Counted from the stretch's first letter, positions 37,370-47,658 are shown. The stretch: DNA of 64,000 nt from an uncultured bacterium (GCA_963851445.1 CAWKPH010000001.1:489363-553362); one strand, 5' to 3'. Notes: a model not told the origin generated them from the letters alone. Numbers and translations: made by a program.

Positions 37370-38161
37370 TTAGTACTGAGCGGGGAGTGCGTAGGGACCT
37401 CCAACTTCTATATTTGCAGTCTCGACGTTATTGGCTTTGTTGTATTCTTGGATTTGATCATTCGGATCGACAACGATACTGACTACCTGATTGCCAGGCA
37501 CGGTCTGATTGAAGCCAAGCGTAAAGCTAATACCATTCTTAGGAGCAATTGGTGGCTCGAGTGGGGAATTAAATACCGGACCAGTGGCCGAAGGAATGTC
37601 TGCATTGAAAGTCCAAGCCGGACTAATATTTGTGCCGACGTTATTTACGATGAACTTCACCGCAGGATGGGCACCTGGTGGAATGACTGTTGCCGGCACG
37701 AAGGTATCCGTAGTATCACCTGCAAGATAACCAACGGCGGTAATTGTTACGGAGAGATCAGGAAGGCCATAGAAAGCCGGTTGCTGCTCTGCCGGTGCCC
37801 TGGTCTGACTCGATTGAGTTGTGTAACCAGCGGGAGCACTAGAATTCTGAGATTGTGTAGCATTAGGAATGGACTGCGTAGGAGTCATTACCTCCGGAAT
37901 TGCAGAGAATGGAATAGTTGTTGTCGCAGGAACTACGGCAAGCGAAGGGTTTGGGGTGGTCGATGTGCCTGAGAGGGTAGCAAGTTTCGTCACTGCCTGT
38001 GGCACGTAGCGTGCGCTATAGATTGCGAGTGCAATACCAAAAACGACAAGTGCGACGAACCCAACAACGGCAAGACCATTAACCGCAGCTTGACGGGCTC
38101 CCTTGTTGTTACTTGCGTCCTGATTCTGTGGATTCCCTACGTTCGTGCTCGACTGATTCAT
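37370..38161 (-). CDS. Membrane-anchored protein with C-terminal CARDB-like (cell-adhesion related) beta-sandwich domain
   Basis: N-terminal TM 'LAVVGFVALVVFGIALAIY'; C-terminal 'KFIVNNVGTNISPAWTFNADI...SIVVDPNDQIQEYNKANN' resembles CARDB domain endings. Confidence 0.5.
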   Translation of the reverse strand: MNQSSTNVGNPQNQDASNNKGARQAAVNGLAVVGFVALVVFGIALAIYSARYVPQAVTKLATLSGTSTTPNPSLAVVPATTTIPFSAIPEVMTPTQSIPNATQSQNSSAPAGYTTQSSQTRAPAEQQPAFYGLPDLSVTITAVGYLAGDTTDTFVPATVIPPGAHPAVKFIVNNVGTNISPAWTFNADIPSATGPVFNSPLEPPIAPKNGISFTLGFNQTVPGNQVVSIVVDPNDQIQEYNKANNVETANIEVGGPYALPAQY

Positions 38162-38307
38162 ATAGCCCTATATTTAACATACCTAGTATTTTTTGTCAAC
38201 CTATCTGGGATAAGCCCATTTTACGGGATATTGTCAATATCTCGAGAAAGGGCCTCAGCATAACCTTGACAAAGAGAATGAAGTGGTGTATTAATGCTTA
38301 AGAACAT

Positions 38308-39027
38308 ATGACCGCAGCAAAAGCCTTTGTCGCCCTTATCAGGGCCCCAAAAAAGATCGCAGAACGGAAGTGGAGCTTCCTGGCTGTTTTTATTGTGGTT
38401 TTGATAGTGACGGTGAGCATATGTTCGGCAACAGGATTCATCCCTGACCCAGTATCGGCAAGCACGGCTTCTTCTACGCCTTCAACGAACGTAGAGACGT
38501 CTCCGCTCGTCGCATCAGCGATAACGGGCAATGGCACCGCAGCGCCGCTCAATGGGCAGATCAATATGTCAGGAGACTTGCCAGTCCACATCATAATTCC
38601 AAGTATCGGAGTTAATGCTACCGTTGCGAACCCAGATACGCTTGATGTGAATGCACTCGACAACTACCTTTCATATGGAGCTGCTCGTTACCCGACGTCG
38701 GCGACGCTTGGTGAACAGGGCAATATGATTCTGTTTGGCCACTCAAGTTATTTGCCAATTGTGTATAACAAGGCATATAAGACTTTTGATGGTATTCAGA
38801 ACCTGAAGCCAGGCGACCAGATTGACGTATACAGCACTACCAAGGAGTACGTGTACTCAGTCGATACCGAACAGAAGGAAAGTGAGACGTCAGATTCAAT
38901 TCCATTGACTGATACCGGTTACACGCTTACTCTTTCTACCTGCGATTCGTTTACTGTAAAGACTGATCGTTTCATCGTCACGGCAACGCTTGTTGGAAGC
39001 TATCCGCTCGGAAGTACGACTCAATAA
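38308..39027 (+). CDS. Sortase-family transpeptidase (class D/E-like)
   Basis: N-terminal TM anchor; 'GNMILFGHSSY', 'LKPGDQIDVYSTTKEYVYSV', and the catalytic-Cys motif 'LTLSTCD' (TLxTC). Confidence 0.75.
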   Translation: MTAAKAFVALIRAPKKIAERKWSFLAVFIVVLIVTVSICSATGFIPDPVSASTASSTPSTNVETSPLVASAITGNGTAAPLNGQINMSGDLPVHIIIPSIGVNATVANPDTLDVNALDNYLSYGAARYPTSATLGEQGNMILFGHSSYLPIVYNKAYKTFDGIQNLKPGDQIDVYSTTKEYVYSVDTEQKESETSDSIPLTDTGYTLTLSTCDSFTVKTDRFIVTATLVGSYPLGSTTQ

Positions 39028-39208
39028 AAGTCGGGCTCCCGCGTGTATAGCTCCTAGGAAGTATTCGGGAGAAGACGCCCAGCGCACCGCAAGGTGCGAG
39101 TAGGGACGCAAGAACATTCATAAATCTGCTGCGATCTCTGTGAAAGGAGACAAGGTCCCATTCCGGGATCGCAGTAAAACTCAACCCAAAACGAAGGAGA
39201 TTAATCCG

Positions 39209-40195
39209 ATGAGGAAGCAATTCCTTAGCCTGTTTGCGGCGACGTGCCTTACGGGCGCCGTCGCAATTGTCGCTGTGCCTAACCAGGCGCATGCGGCTTT
39301 TCACTGGAGGAACTATGACGCCGACCCGGCCTTTCCGAACCGGCAGGCCGCCATGGCCGGACGCGAACAATACTTCAAACAAATCGGGTGGTCCGGCGGA
39401 CTGCTCGAGGCAGCCATGAAAGCGACTTCGGTCGCCGGCACGATTGAGACCAAGGGTCTCAAGCCCGGTATGCATCTGCACAGCATGGAGTCCGGCGGCG
39501 GTGTCGTAAATTACGACATCATCGTTATGTCCAGTCCAAGCTTCGGCGACGGTGTGGACGTCGAGGTCTGGACCTTCCAGTACGAGGGCGAGACCCACAC
39601 GATCTACCTCCCCGTCAGCTGCCACAATTGGGCAGAGGCGGTGGTTGGCACCACCGTATCGGAAGTTCCTGTCACCCCTACTTGCGGCACAATCGGGGTC
39701 GAAATTCCGGACGAAGATGAAAATCTTCATTCGGGGGTCCTCGGCAACACACCAATCCAGGACAGTCGTCACTGCTTGGCCTGGAGCCTGGACAAGGTCC
39801 AATGGAATCCGTGGCAGGACAACTGCCCCGATAACTGCCGCTTTAATGCGGCGGCGAATCAGGTCCATAAGGACGTGCTCCTGACCAATTCCTTGCCGGT
39901 TCCTTCGGGGACTCGCAAGGTCTGGTTCCGAGTTCCCGAGAACTTCACCGCGGCGGCCTCAGACAAGATGACCGCATTTTGCATGAAGCAGGCCGACACC
40001 GGCAAGCAGTCATGCACCATGCTCGTCGTGCCCTATAACTATCACGGCGGCATGGCTACTCTTTGGGCTTCCCGCGCGGCGATCCCGCTCGAGAAGTACA
40101 AGGAAGGCGCCCGTCTCTATTGGATCTATCCCAAGATCCAAGCAGACGGGTCGCAGGAATGCGAGCCGGAGAGTGACCAAATGCCGTCGAAGTAA
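39209..40195 (+). CDS. Secreted Cys-containing hypothetical protein encoded in a GC-rich (~60%) segment
   Basis: RBS 'aaggag' at about 39194-39199, 9 nt upstream of ATG 39209; signal peptide 'MRKQFLSLFAATCLTGAVAIVAVPNQAHA'. GC is elevated relative to the ~48-50% surroundings, which also produces a long antisense ORF (38978..39868). Confidence 0.5.
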   Translation: MRKQFLSLFAATCLTGAVAIVAVPNQAHAAFHWRNYDADPAFPNRQAAMAGREQYFKQIGWSGGLLEAAMKATSVAGTIETKGLKPGMHLHSMESGGGVVNYDIIVMSSPSFGDGVDVEVWTFQYEGETHTIYLPVSCHNWAEAVVGTTVSEVPVTPTCGTIGVEIPDEDENLHSGVLGNTPIQDSRHCLAWSLDKVQWNPWQDNCPDNCRFNAAANQVHKDVLLTNSLPVPSGTRKVWFRVPENFTAAASDKMTAFCMKQADTGKQSCTMLVVPYNYHGGMATLWASRAAIPLEKYKEGARLYWIYPKIQADGSQECEPESDQMPSK

Positions 40196-40346
40196 CGTCG
40201 GCGAATCTGAGTTGAGTAACAGAGAGGTAGCGGTCGGATTCCTTTGGATCCCGATCGCTGCTCCTCTTTTTTGTACGCCGGTTAAGTCGGCAATGTGTCA
40301 TATTTTTACCATCGTCATCCCATTATCAAGCGTCAGCTATCAACTT

Positions 40347-42386
40347 ATGGAAATCAATAAAACAACACTTCATGCTTCACAAAAGCGCTCGATCTATATC
40401 GGGCTATTTGCGGTACTTGCCGTCTTGATACTTAGTGCTGGGGTTGCTTTCGCGACAGGATTGACACATCCCGTAATGGCCCATGCTCAATTCGATGATA
40501 GCGTTGATGGCGACAGCACTATTGATATCACGGAGCCAGTTACAGTCGCACCTACCGATACAGATGCCGACACAGGGGGCGATACTATCTCGGATATTGA
40601 ACCGGTAATAGTTGCTCCACCTTGCTGCACACTCCCCGATGATTCCGGTATCCCAGAACCCGTAACCACAGCTCCATCAGATACTGACACAGGGAATACT
40701 CCTGAACCTGTAACAGTAGCTCCACCCTGCTGCACGTTGCCGGTAAACCCTGAACCAGTAGTGGTTGCACCACCTTGCTGCACTTTGCCAACTACCCCTA
40801 CACCCCCAGTGACTCCTCCCGTGACTCCTCCCGTGACTCCTCCGGTAATACCGCCACCACCCCCTCCACCCCCTCCACCACCGGTGCTGCCTGAATGTAA
40901 ATTCCTCACAGCAAGTGCGAGTAACATCTCGCCTGGTCAGGCCGTAACGCTTTCTTGGCAGACGCTCAATGCAACCTCAATTTCAATTAATAATGGAGTG
41001 GGTTCAGTTACACCGGTAAATTCTGGTTCAACCGTTGTACATCCAACTGGAAGCACAACGTACATCGCGACGGTGAATAATGGTATTCATAGCGTGAATT
41101 GTCAGGCATCGGTAACCGTACAAACACCTCCGCCACCAAATGTTCCCGCATGTCTTTATCTTCATGCAGATCAGACGAACATCACACCTGGACAGGCAGT
41201 TACGCTTACCTGGGCATCTCAGAATGCAACCTCGATATCAATCAATCAAGGAATCGGCAACGTTACCCCGGTTGCTACCGGTTCAACCACGGTACATCCT
41301 ACGGGCACAGTCACTTACATCGCTACAGTTCCTGGAGCAACTGCAAATAGTAATTGTGAGGTAACGGTAACGGTTCAAGCACCGAGTTGTTCAACCACCA
41401 ATTCTTGTGGGGGCGGCGGTGGTGGAGGGGGAGGCGGGGGTGGCGGAATCGTCACCCAGGCCCCACCTCCACAGACAGAGGTCTATCTTTCACAGATTCC
41501 GTACACCGGTCTTGACCTCGGTCCCGTCGGTACGGTCATCTATTGGGTTCTTCTTGTGGCATGGTGCCTTGCTGCTGCGTATCTCGCACTCTTTGTCATC
41601 ATCCCATTCGTTTACAAGAGTCTAATGGCCTTTGGGGCTAATGTCGGGCATTTGCTCAACAATCCTACGAATCTTACCCCTGTAGCTGCAGGTGGACATA
41701 CCGTAGCGTCAACCTACGAAGCATATCGAGCCCATATGCAGCCAGGTATGCCAGCAGCTGAGCCCAGCTACGCTCCTGCTTCGTACGCCGCATATTCTGC
41801 CGCACCAACCGCAACGTATGCGAACAACACTTCCCAAGGGTTTCGTTCATTTGCTGCAGCAGGTTCAGCACTCACGATTGATGACATTGTAAAAGGCCTT
41901 TCCCGTGAGTCAGCGGCATCACAGCAGTCGGCATACGTCTCACAACCTCCTCATCAACAGGAAGATCTTGTAGCGACAGGGCAGGCAGCTCATACTAACC
42001 CTATGCCTCCTGTCCGAAAGACAGCTCCCGCACCTCAAACTACGTATGTAGCTCCGGTATCGACTGATGTCCGGGATTTCGTTGCAGCACTCCTTGATGG
42101 AGATCGTCAGACGGTATTCAGCACTATACGTCAGATGGTTCGTGAGGGGGGCAATGCTGAGGACTTTCTCACGCAAGTTGTTTGTGCTCTCGATGATGCA
42201 TACCGCGCGCCGCTCGACGGCACACCGGTTAATCTTGAGATTGCACAACTCACACAGAATTGTGCACCAGCATTCCTTGAGCGTATTGTTATGTCGCTCA
42301 CCAATGCCGTCGACTCAAGTTACTCGCCAGGTATCACAGGCGCTAAGCTTGCTGCGACCCGAGCACTTGCAGTTGTAGAAGGCTAA
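40347..42386 (+). CDS. Large membrane protein with three 'EPV(T/V)VAPPCCTLP' repeats, a poly-Pro tract, two Ig-like repeat domains, a 13-Gly linker, a TM helix and a C-terminal domain
   Basis: N-terminal signal anchor 'IYIGLFAVLAVLILSAGVAFA'; 'PVTPPVTPPVTPPVIPPPPPPPPPPPVLP'; duplicated 'I(S/T)PGQAVTL(S/T)W...TGST(V/T)YIATV' modules; 'GGGGGGGGGGGGG'; TM 'VIYWVLLVAWCLAAAYLALFVIIPFVY'. Confidence 0.5.
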   Translation: MEINKTTLHASQKRSIYIGLFAVLAVLILSAGVAFATGLTHPVMAHAQFDDSVDGDSTIDITEPVTVAPTDTDADTGGDTISDIEPVIVAPPCCTLPDDSGIPEPVTTAPSDTDTGNTPEPVTVAPPCCTLPVNPEPVVVAPPCCTLPTTPTPPVTPPVTPPVTPPVIPPPPPPPPPPPVLPECKFLTASASNISPGQAVTLSWQTLNATSISINNGVGSVTPVNSGSTVVHPTGSTTYIATVNNGIHSVNCQASVTVQTPPPPNVPACLYLHADQTNITPGQAVTLTWASQNATSISINQGIGNVTPVATGSTTVHPTGTVTYIATVPGATANSNCEVTVTVQAPSCSTTNSCGGGGGGGGGGGGGIVTQAPPPQTEVYLSQIPYTGLDLGPVGTVIYWVLLVAWCLAAAYLALFVIIPFVYKSLMAFGANVGHLLNNPTNLTPVAAGGHTVASTYEAYRAHMQPGMPAAEPSYAPASYAAYSAAPTATYANNTSQGFRSFAAAGSALTIDDIVKGLSRESAASQQSAYVSQPPHQQEDLVATGQAAHTNPMPPVRKTAPAPQTTYVAPVSTDVRDFVAALLDGDRQTVFSTIRQMVREGGNAEDFLTQVVCALDDAYRAPLDGTPVNLEIAQLTQNCAPAFLERIVMSLTNAVDSSYSPGITGAKLAATRALAVVEG

Positions 42387-42408
42387 TTAATAAGACATTT
42401 CACAAAAA

Positions 42409-42450
42409 AGAAAACAGCCTCGGCATGAAAAATGCTGAGGCTGTTTTCTT
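42409..42450. terminator. Bidirectional terminator hairpin between the convergent large membrane protein gene (+) and thrS (-)
   Basis: Stem aaaacagcctcggca / tgctgaggctgtttt (one G-U pair), loop tgaaaaa, flanked by A/T runs. Confidence 0.55.
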
Positions 42451-42458
42451 AATACATT

Positions 42459-44267
42459 CTACGTATGATTCTCGATCTCCTTCTTGATTTTGCTCAGGAA
42501 ATCAGGGACAGATCCTGGTGTAGACTTCTCGCCGTCGCGGCTTTCTACAGTAATTGTTTGATCGGTTACCTCCTTGTCCCCAACGACAAGTACATAAGGG
42601 ATTTTTTCAGTCTTTGCAGTTCTGATTTTTTTGCCGAGAGACTCATTCGCATCATCAATATCCGCACGAATACCAGCATCCTTAAGTAGTGCCAAGACAG
42701 ACCGTCCATAGGCAACATGTTTTTCAGATACGGGTACGATACGTGCCTGCAGCGGCGAAAGCCACGTAGGAAATGCGCCTGCATATTTTTCTATGAGAAA
42801 TGCCATGATACGTTCAAGAGCTCCAATTGAAGAGCGATGTACCACAAACGCTCGCTTTTCGGTTCCATCCTGTCCAACGTAGGTAAGATTGAAACGTTCT
42901 GGCATACAAAAATCGTATTGCACCGTAAAGGCAGTATCCTCTTTGCCGTTCACATTCTTCATCTGAATATCTATTTTAGGACCGTAGAAAGCAGCTTCTC
43001 CCGGTGCTTCAACAAAATGCGCTCCACGCGCTATGAGCATTTTCCGTAGGAGATCTTCTCCTACGTCCCATGCAGTGTCATTTTTATAGTATTTCTCGCT
43101 ATCAGAACGATCTCCAAGGGACAAGCGATATGAATAATCCGTTCCGTGCACCAAGCCGAACGTTCCAGCCACGAATTCTATAAGATCAAGAGCCGCACCA
43201 ACTTCTTCAATAGCTTGCTCTTCAGAAGCAGTTACAATGTGGGCATCTGCGAGACAGAACGTGCGCACGCGCAAAAGTCCCGAAAGTTCACCTGATTGTT
43301 CATATCGATAAAGCTGCGCAAGTTCTGCTATACGCATGGGAAGCTCGCGATAACTTACGGGTTTTCGAAGATAAAGTTCGAAGTGATGTGGACACGTCAT
43401 CGGGCGCAGCATAAATTTCTCCCCATCGATGTCTATTGGCGCATACATCGAATCTTTGTAGTGCGGGTAGTGACCCGATTTTTCGTACAGATCGAGTTTT
43501 GCAAGATCTGGGGTATAGACGTGAAGATAGCCGCGCCGTATTTCTTCATCGACGATGAATCGCTCGAGCTCGCGACGTACCACGGAACCTTTTGGAGTAA
43601 AAAGTGGAAGACCTTTCCCAACAAGGTCGGAAAAGGTGAAAAGATCAAGCTCCTTGCCGAGTTTCCGGTGGTCGCGCTTTTTTGCTTCCTCACGCTGTGC
43701 AATGTAATCCTCGAGATCTTTTTTCGTCTCGAATGCAAGACCGTAAATACGAGTAAGCATTGGCTTGGTCTCATCGCCGCGCCAGTATGCACCTGCTATG
43801 CGATCGATCACGAAAGAGTCGGGCGCAATATCGTGAGATGGATTTTCCGCATGACCCCCACGGCATAGGTCAGTGAAGCCGTCTGCGCTGTACAACATTA
43901 TTTTCTCACCCTTACCCACGATTTCATCGATAAGTTCGAGCTTATAGGGATTTTCAGCGAAACGAGCTCGCGCATCTTTTTCCGAGACTTCAACGCCAGT
44001 CATTGAATTCCAAGATGCGAGCAACTCACGCATTGTTTCCTCAAGCGATGCAAGATCTGTTTCCTTAGGCGCATCGTTCTCCCTTTTTATTTCAGGATTA
44101 TTCTGGTCATCTTTAGGAGTAGAGAAATCAAAGTCATAGTAGAAGCCGTTGTCGATAGCAGGTCCGATAGTCGTTTTGGCATGCGGATATCGTTCAAGAA
44201 CAGCCGCCGCTAAAAGATGAGCCAAGGTATGGCGTTTTTCAGCAAGTGAGGCGTTTGAAGAGGGCAT
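42459..44267 (-). CDS. thrS: Threonine--tRNA ligase
   Basis: Class II aaRS core plus C-terminal anticodon-binding domain: 'FVVHRSSIGALERIMAFLIEKYAGAFPTWLSP...ARIVPVSEKH'; N-terminal 'TLAHLLAAAVLERYPHAKTTIGPAIDNGFYYDF'. Confidence 0.9.
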   Translation of the reverse strand: MPSSNASLAEKRHTLAHLLAAAVLERYPHAKTTIGPAIDNGFYYDFDFSTPKDDQNNPEIKRENDAPKETDLASLEETMRELLASWNSMTGVEVSEKDARARFAENPYKLELIDEIVGKGEKIMLYSADGFTDLCRGGHAENPSHDIAPDSFVIDRIAGAYWRGDETKPMLTRIYGLAFETKKDLEDYIAQREEAKKRDHRKLGKELDLFTFSDLVGKGLPLFTPKGSVVRRELERFIVDEEIRRGYLHVYTPDLAKLDLYEKSGHYPHYKDSMYAPIDIDGEKFMLRPMTCPHHFELYLRKPVSYRELPMRIAELAQLYRYEQSGELSGLLRVRTFCLADAHIVTASEEQAIEEVGAALDLIEFVAGTFGLVHGTDYSYRLSLGDRSDSEKYYKNDTAWDVGEDLLRKMLIARGAHFVEAPGEAAFYGPKIDIQMKNVNGKEDTAFTVQYDFCMPERFNLTYVGQDGTEKRAFVVHRSSIGALERIMAFLIEKYAGAFPTWLSPLQARIVPVSEKHVAYGRSVLALLKDAGIRADIDDANESLGKKIRTAKTEKIPYVLVVGDKEVTDQTITVESRDGEKSTPGSVPDFLSKIKKEIENHT

Positions 44268-44333
44268 ACTAGGAGCATAGCATATGCGATTAAACCTCTT
44301 GAGGCAGAGGAAATAAGATCATTATTTCGGAGC

Positions 44334-47300
44334 TTATAATGCTTTCAAATTCTCAATAGCAAGGCTAGTCTCGCCATTGCGGTTTGAAACTGTCCCTTTA
44401 ATCAGAAGGCATGAGCCTGGCAAGACGAGTTCGGCATGCTCTCGGAAAAGCTTTGGGAAAATCACCGCTTCGATCGAGTCAGTTCGATCCTCGAAGCGGA
44501 CAAATGCCATGCGGTCGCCGTTCTTTGTGAGGACCGTACGAACTTCCCCCACGAGCACCGGCAAGATGAGTGCCATGCCCACCTCTGCTTTATCGTTGAT
44601 CTGGGCAATGGTGGTGTGTGCTCGTGACTCTATAGCCTCGTGTGCATCGAGCGGATGACCAGATACGTAAATACCTAGTAATTCCTTTTCCCATGACAAT
44701 TTTTCACCAAGCGATATTGGGTACTCAGTGGCTGGAAGCGTAAATATCGGCGCTGCTACCATTGTTCCAAAGAGCGAATCTTGTGAATGCACGGCGGTAG
44801 CATCACGGTGAAAGGCGAGCATCGCATCTAAATTTGCTAAGAGAGTCCCGCGACCATTCACTCTGTCAACAAATCGATCAAGTGCACCGCATTTAATAAG
44901 AGACTCGAGTGATTTCTTATTTAAATTCCGGGACTCGATGCGCGACAAGAAATCTGAAAGAGACTGAAATAACCCGTTTTTCTCGCGCTCTTCAAGAATT
45001 GTTCCTGCAACACCTTCGCCAAAATTCTTTATTGAGCAAAGACCAAAACGGATTACTTTTGCAGGGACATTTCCGTGAGTTTTCGTATCGGAATTCTCAC
45101 TTTCAACCAGCAGCGCGGGATTTGTGACCACAGTGAAATCAGTGCCACTTTCGTTGACATCAGGAGGCAGAACTTTTATCTGCATACGCTCACATTCGGC
45201 GACCGAGCGCGCGATCGATTCCGTATCACCAGCATCTGCGGTGAGGACCGCTGCCATATACTCCACAGGATAATTTGCCTTCATATATGCGGTCTGATAT
45301 GCAACTTTTCCATAACTTGCCGCATGTGCTTTATTGAATCCATATGCGGCAAAAGGCTCAATAAGTTTCCAGAGCTGATCTGCTTTCTTTTCAGTTAGAC
45401 CACCGTACTCCATGAATCCTTTCATAAGTTTTGCTTTCTCGGAGCGCATAATTGCAGGCACTTTTTTACCCATTGCTTTGCGGAGCGTATCGGCTTCGAG
45501 CCACGAATAGCCACCAAGACGTATCGCTGATAAGAGCACATCATCTTGATACACGAGAAGACCGTATGAAAAATCAAGATAATCAGCCATGCGTGGATCG
45601 AGAAACGTTGCAAGTTTGGGGTTATGTTTTCGTTCAATATATTGCGGAATCGTTTCCATCGGGCCAGGACGATATAAGGCAACCATAGCGTTGATATCGT
45701 GAATGGTTGTTGGTCGGAGCTCTTTTAGATAGCGCGTCATGCCCGAGCCGTTCAACTGGAAAATTCCTTCAGTTTCGCCGCGCGCAAGCATTTCATACGT
45801 TTTGGCGTCGTCAATCGGAATGTTTTCTATATCGACCAAGATTCCTTGCGATTCCTTAACACGCTCGACGGCGTCTGCAAGTATGGCGAGATTTTTAATC
45901 CCGAGGAAGTCGAATTTGAGAAGGCCAACACCTCCATATTCGTCAGAGATCGAGCGCATATCATACTGCGTTATGATTTTCCCTTCGCCTGACCCTTGCG
46001 CTTTGGGGTCGAACTGAAGAGGTGTCCATTCGACGAGCGGTGTCGGCGAGACTACGACACCCGCAGCATGCACCCCAACATGTCGCACACATCCTTCAAT
46101 ACGCTTCGCGAGATCAAGTATCTGATGGACATCATCATCTTCGTCATAGAGGGATTTAAGTTCTGGCGTTTCTTCGAGTGCCCGATCAATAGTCATGGGG
46201 AATCCCTGAGAGCCTATAGGTATGAGTTTTGCAATTCGATCGCCCATGCCGTACGAATGGCCAAGCGCACGCGATACGTCGCGGACCGCAGCACGAGCCG
46301 CAAGTGTTCCGAAGGTGCCGATTTGTGCCACATGATCAGCGCCGTATTTTCGCTTTGTATAGGCGATCATGTCATCGCGACGGTTATCAGCCATATCCAT
46401 GTCGATATCGGGCGCTTTCGGGCGTTCAGGATTAAGAAAGCGTTCAAAAGGTAGTTTGTAGAAAAGGGGATCAACGTTTGTGATTCCCGTAAGATATGCT
46501 ACCAAAGAGCCCGCGGCGGAGCCGCGCGTCGTCGTCAAAATACCGGCAGTTTTCGCATAATTCAAAAGATCAGAAACGACAAGATAGTACACAGCAAATC
46601 CCTTAGAGATAATGATGTCGAGTTCATACTCAATACGCTTCCTCACTTCTTCCGTCTCCTCCATTTCACGCACTGCAAGTCCTGCGTATGCCTTCTTGCG
46701 CAGTTCATCATCATGAGATTTGTATCCCTCAGATATTGGTACAGCAGGGAATACCCACGTGCCAAGATCAAATGACACCTCGCAACGATCTGCAATTGTA
46801 CGCGAATTATCAACTGCCTCCGGAATATCCTTAAAAACCTTTAAAGCTGTACTTTCTGAGATAAAGGAAAAATCCTCTTGTTCGTTACTACGATCACCTC
46901 CTGCGCCTGCCCGCCCGTGTTGGATACGTCGCATAACCTCAGTCGCCTCACGGTCTTCCGGTTTCAGATAGTACACATCTTGTTGTGCAACAAGGGGTAC
47001 CCCCGACTGCTTCGAGAGTTCAATCAGTTTATGCATCTTTGCTTCATGTCCTGGCACCGTCGGGTGATAGGTGACTTCAAGGTACAAATTCTTCTCACCG
47101 AAAATGCTGACATATTCTGCAAGCGAAGCAGCAGCACCATTGTTGTCGCCTGCCGAGAGCATATAAGGTACTTCTCCCGCGAAAGAAGGAATGATGGCGA
47201 TAAGACCTTTTGCGTGTGTTCGCATTAGTTCCTTATCAATACGGGGCTTGTCAAAGAATCCTTCGACATGCGATTTCGTGATAAGTTTCAGTAGATTCTT

Positions 47301-47597
47301 GTAGCCTTCATTATTTTCCGCTAGTAGGACGATGCGCGAATACTTCGCATCAAGTACGCGATCCTTATCAAGTCTCGAGCGTGGAGCTACATATATATCG
47401 ACACCAAGAATCGGCTTTACTCCCATTTTTGTAGCAGCCTTATAAAATTCGATTGCGCCATGCATATTACCTGAATCGGTTAGCGCAACTGCCTCCATAC
47501 CTTCCTTACGTGCCGCCTCTACGAGCTCTTCAACCTTCGGGAGCGCCTGTAAGAATGAGTAGTGGGTATGAGTATGGAGATGAATGAAACGGCTCAT
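44334..47597 (-). CDS. dnaE: DNA polymerase III alpha subunit (DnaE-type)
   Basis: PHP domain start 'MSRFIHLHTHTHYSFLQALPKVEELVEAARKEGMEAVALTD'; full-length pol III alpha homology through the OB-fold region. Start moved to the internal ATG at 47597: the upstream 149 codons of the ORF are S/P-rich and overlap the rnhB gene on the other strand. Confidence 0.9.
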   Translation of the reverse strand: MSRFIHLHTHTHYSFLQALPKVEELVEAARKEGMEAVALTDSGNMHGAIEFYKAATKMGVKPILGVDIYVAPRSRLDKDRVLDAKYSRIVLLAENNEGYKNLLKLITKSHVEGFFDKPRIDKELMRTHAKGLIAIIPSFAGEVPYMLSAGDNNGAAASLAEYVSIFGEKNLYLEVTYHPTVPGHEAKMHKLIELSKQSGVPLVAQQDVYYLKPEDREATEVMRRIQHGRAGAGGDRSNEQEDFSFISESTALKVFKDIPEAVDNSRTIADRCEVSFDLGTWVFPAVPISEGYKSHDDELRKKAYAGLAVREMEETEEVRKRIEYELDIIISKGFAVYYLVVSDLLNYAKTAGILTTTRGSAAGSLVAYLTGITNVDPLFYKLPFERFLNPERPKAPDIDMDMADNRRDDMIAYTKRKYGADHVAQIGTFGTLAARAAVRDVSRALGHSYGMGDRIAKLIPIGSQGFPMTIDRALEETPELKSLYDEDDDVHQILDLAKRIEGCVRHVGVHAAGVVVSPTPLVEWTPLQFDPKAQGSGEGKIITQYDMRSISDEYGGVGLLKFDFLGIKNLAILADAVERVKESQGILVDIENIPIDDAKTYEMLARGETEGIFQLNGSGMTRYLKELRPTTIHDINAMVALYRPGPMETIPQYIERKHNPKLATFLDPRMADYLDFSYGLLVYQDDVLLSAIRLGGYSWLEADTLRKAMGKKVPAIMRSEKAKLMKGFMEYGGLTEKKADQLWKLIEPFAAYGFNKAHAASYGKVAYQTAYMKANYPVEYMAAVLTADAGDTESIARSVAECERMQIKVLPPDVNESGTDFTVVTNPALLVESENSDTKTHGNVPAKVIRFGLCSIKNFGEGVAGTILEEREKNGLFQSLSDFLSRIESRNLNKKSLESLIKCGALDRFVDRVNGRGTLLANLDAMLAFHRDATAVHSQDSLFGTMVAAPIFTLPATEYPISLGEKLSWEKELLGIYVSGHPLDAHEAIESRAHTTIAQINDKAEVGMALILPVLVGEVRTVLTKNGDRMAFVRFEDRTDSIEAVIFPKLFREHAELVLPGSCLLIKGTVSNRNGETSLAIENLKAL

Positions 47598-47658
47598 ATC
47601 ATGAGTATAGCGCGAATAGCGAAGTGCTAAAATTAGTGCATGAAAAGGCAAATGATCC

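Noticed and set aside
38978-39868. 296-aa minus-strand ORF overlapping the sortase 3' end and the secreted-protein gene
   Set aside because: It lies in the ~60% GC segment where stop codons are rare and is R/A/G-rich with no motifs. The + strand ORF has an RBS and a signal peptide and is preferred.
40487-40927. 146-aa minus-strand G/T/V-rich ORF
   Set aside because: It is the antisense of the Pro/Gly-rich tracts (PPPP/GGGG codons read backwards) inside the 40347..42386 gene.
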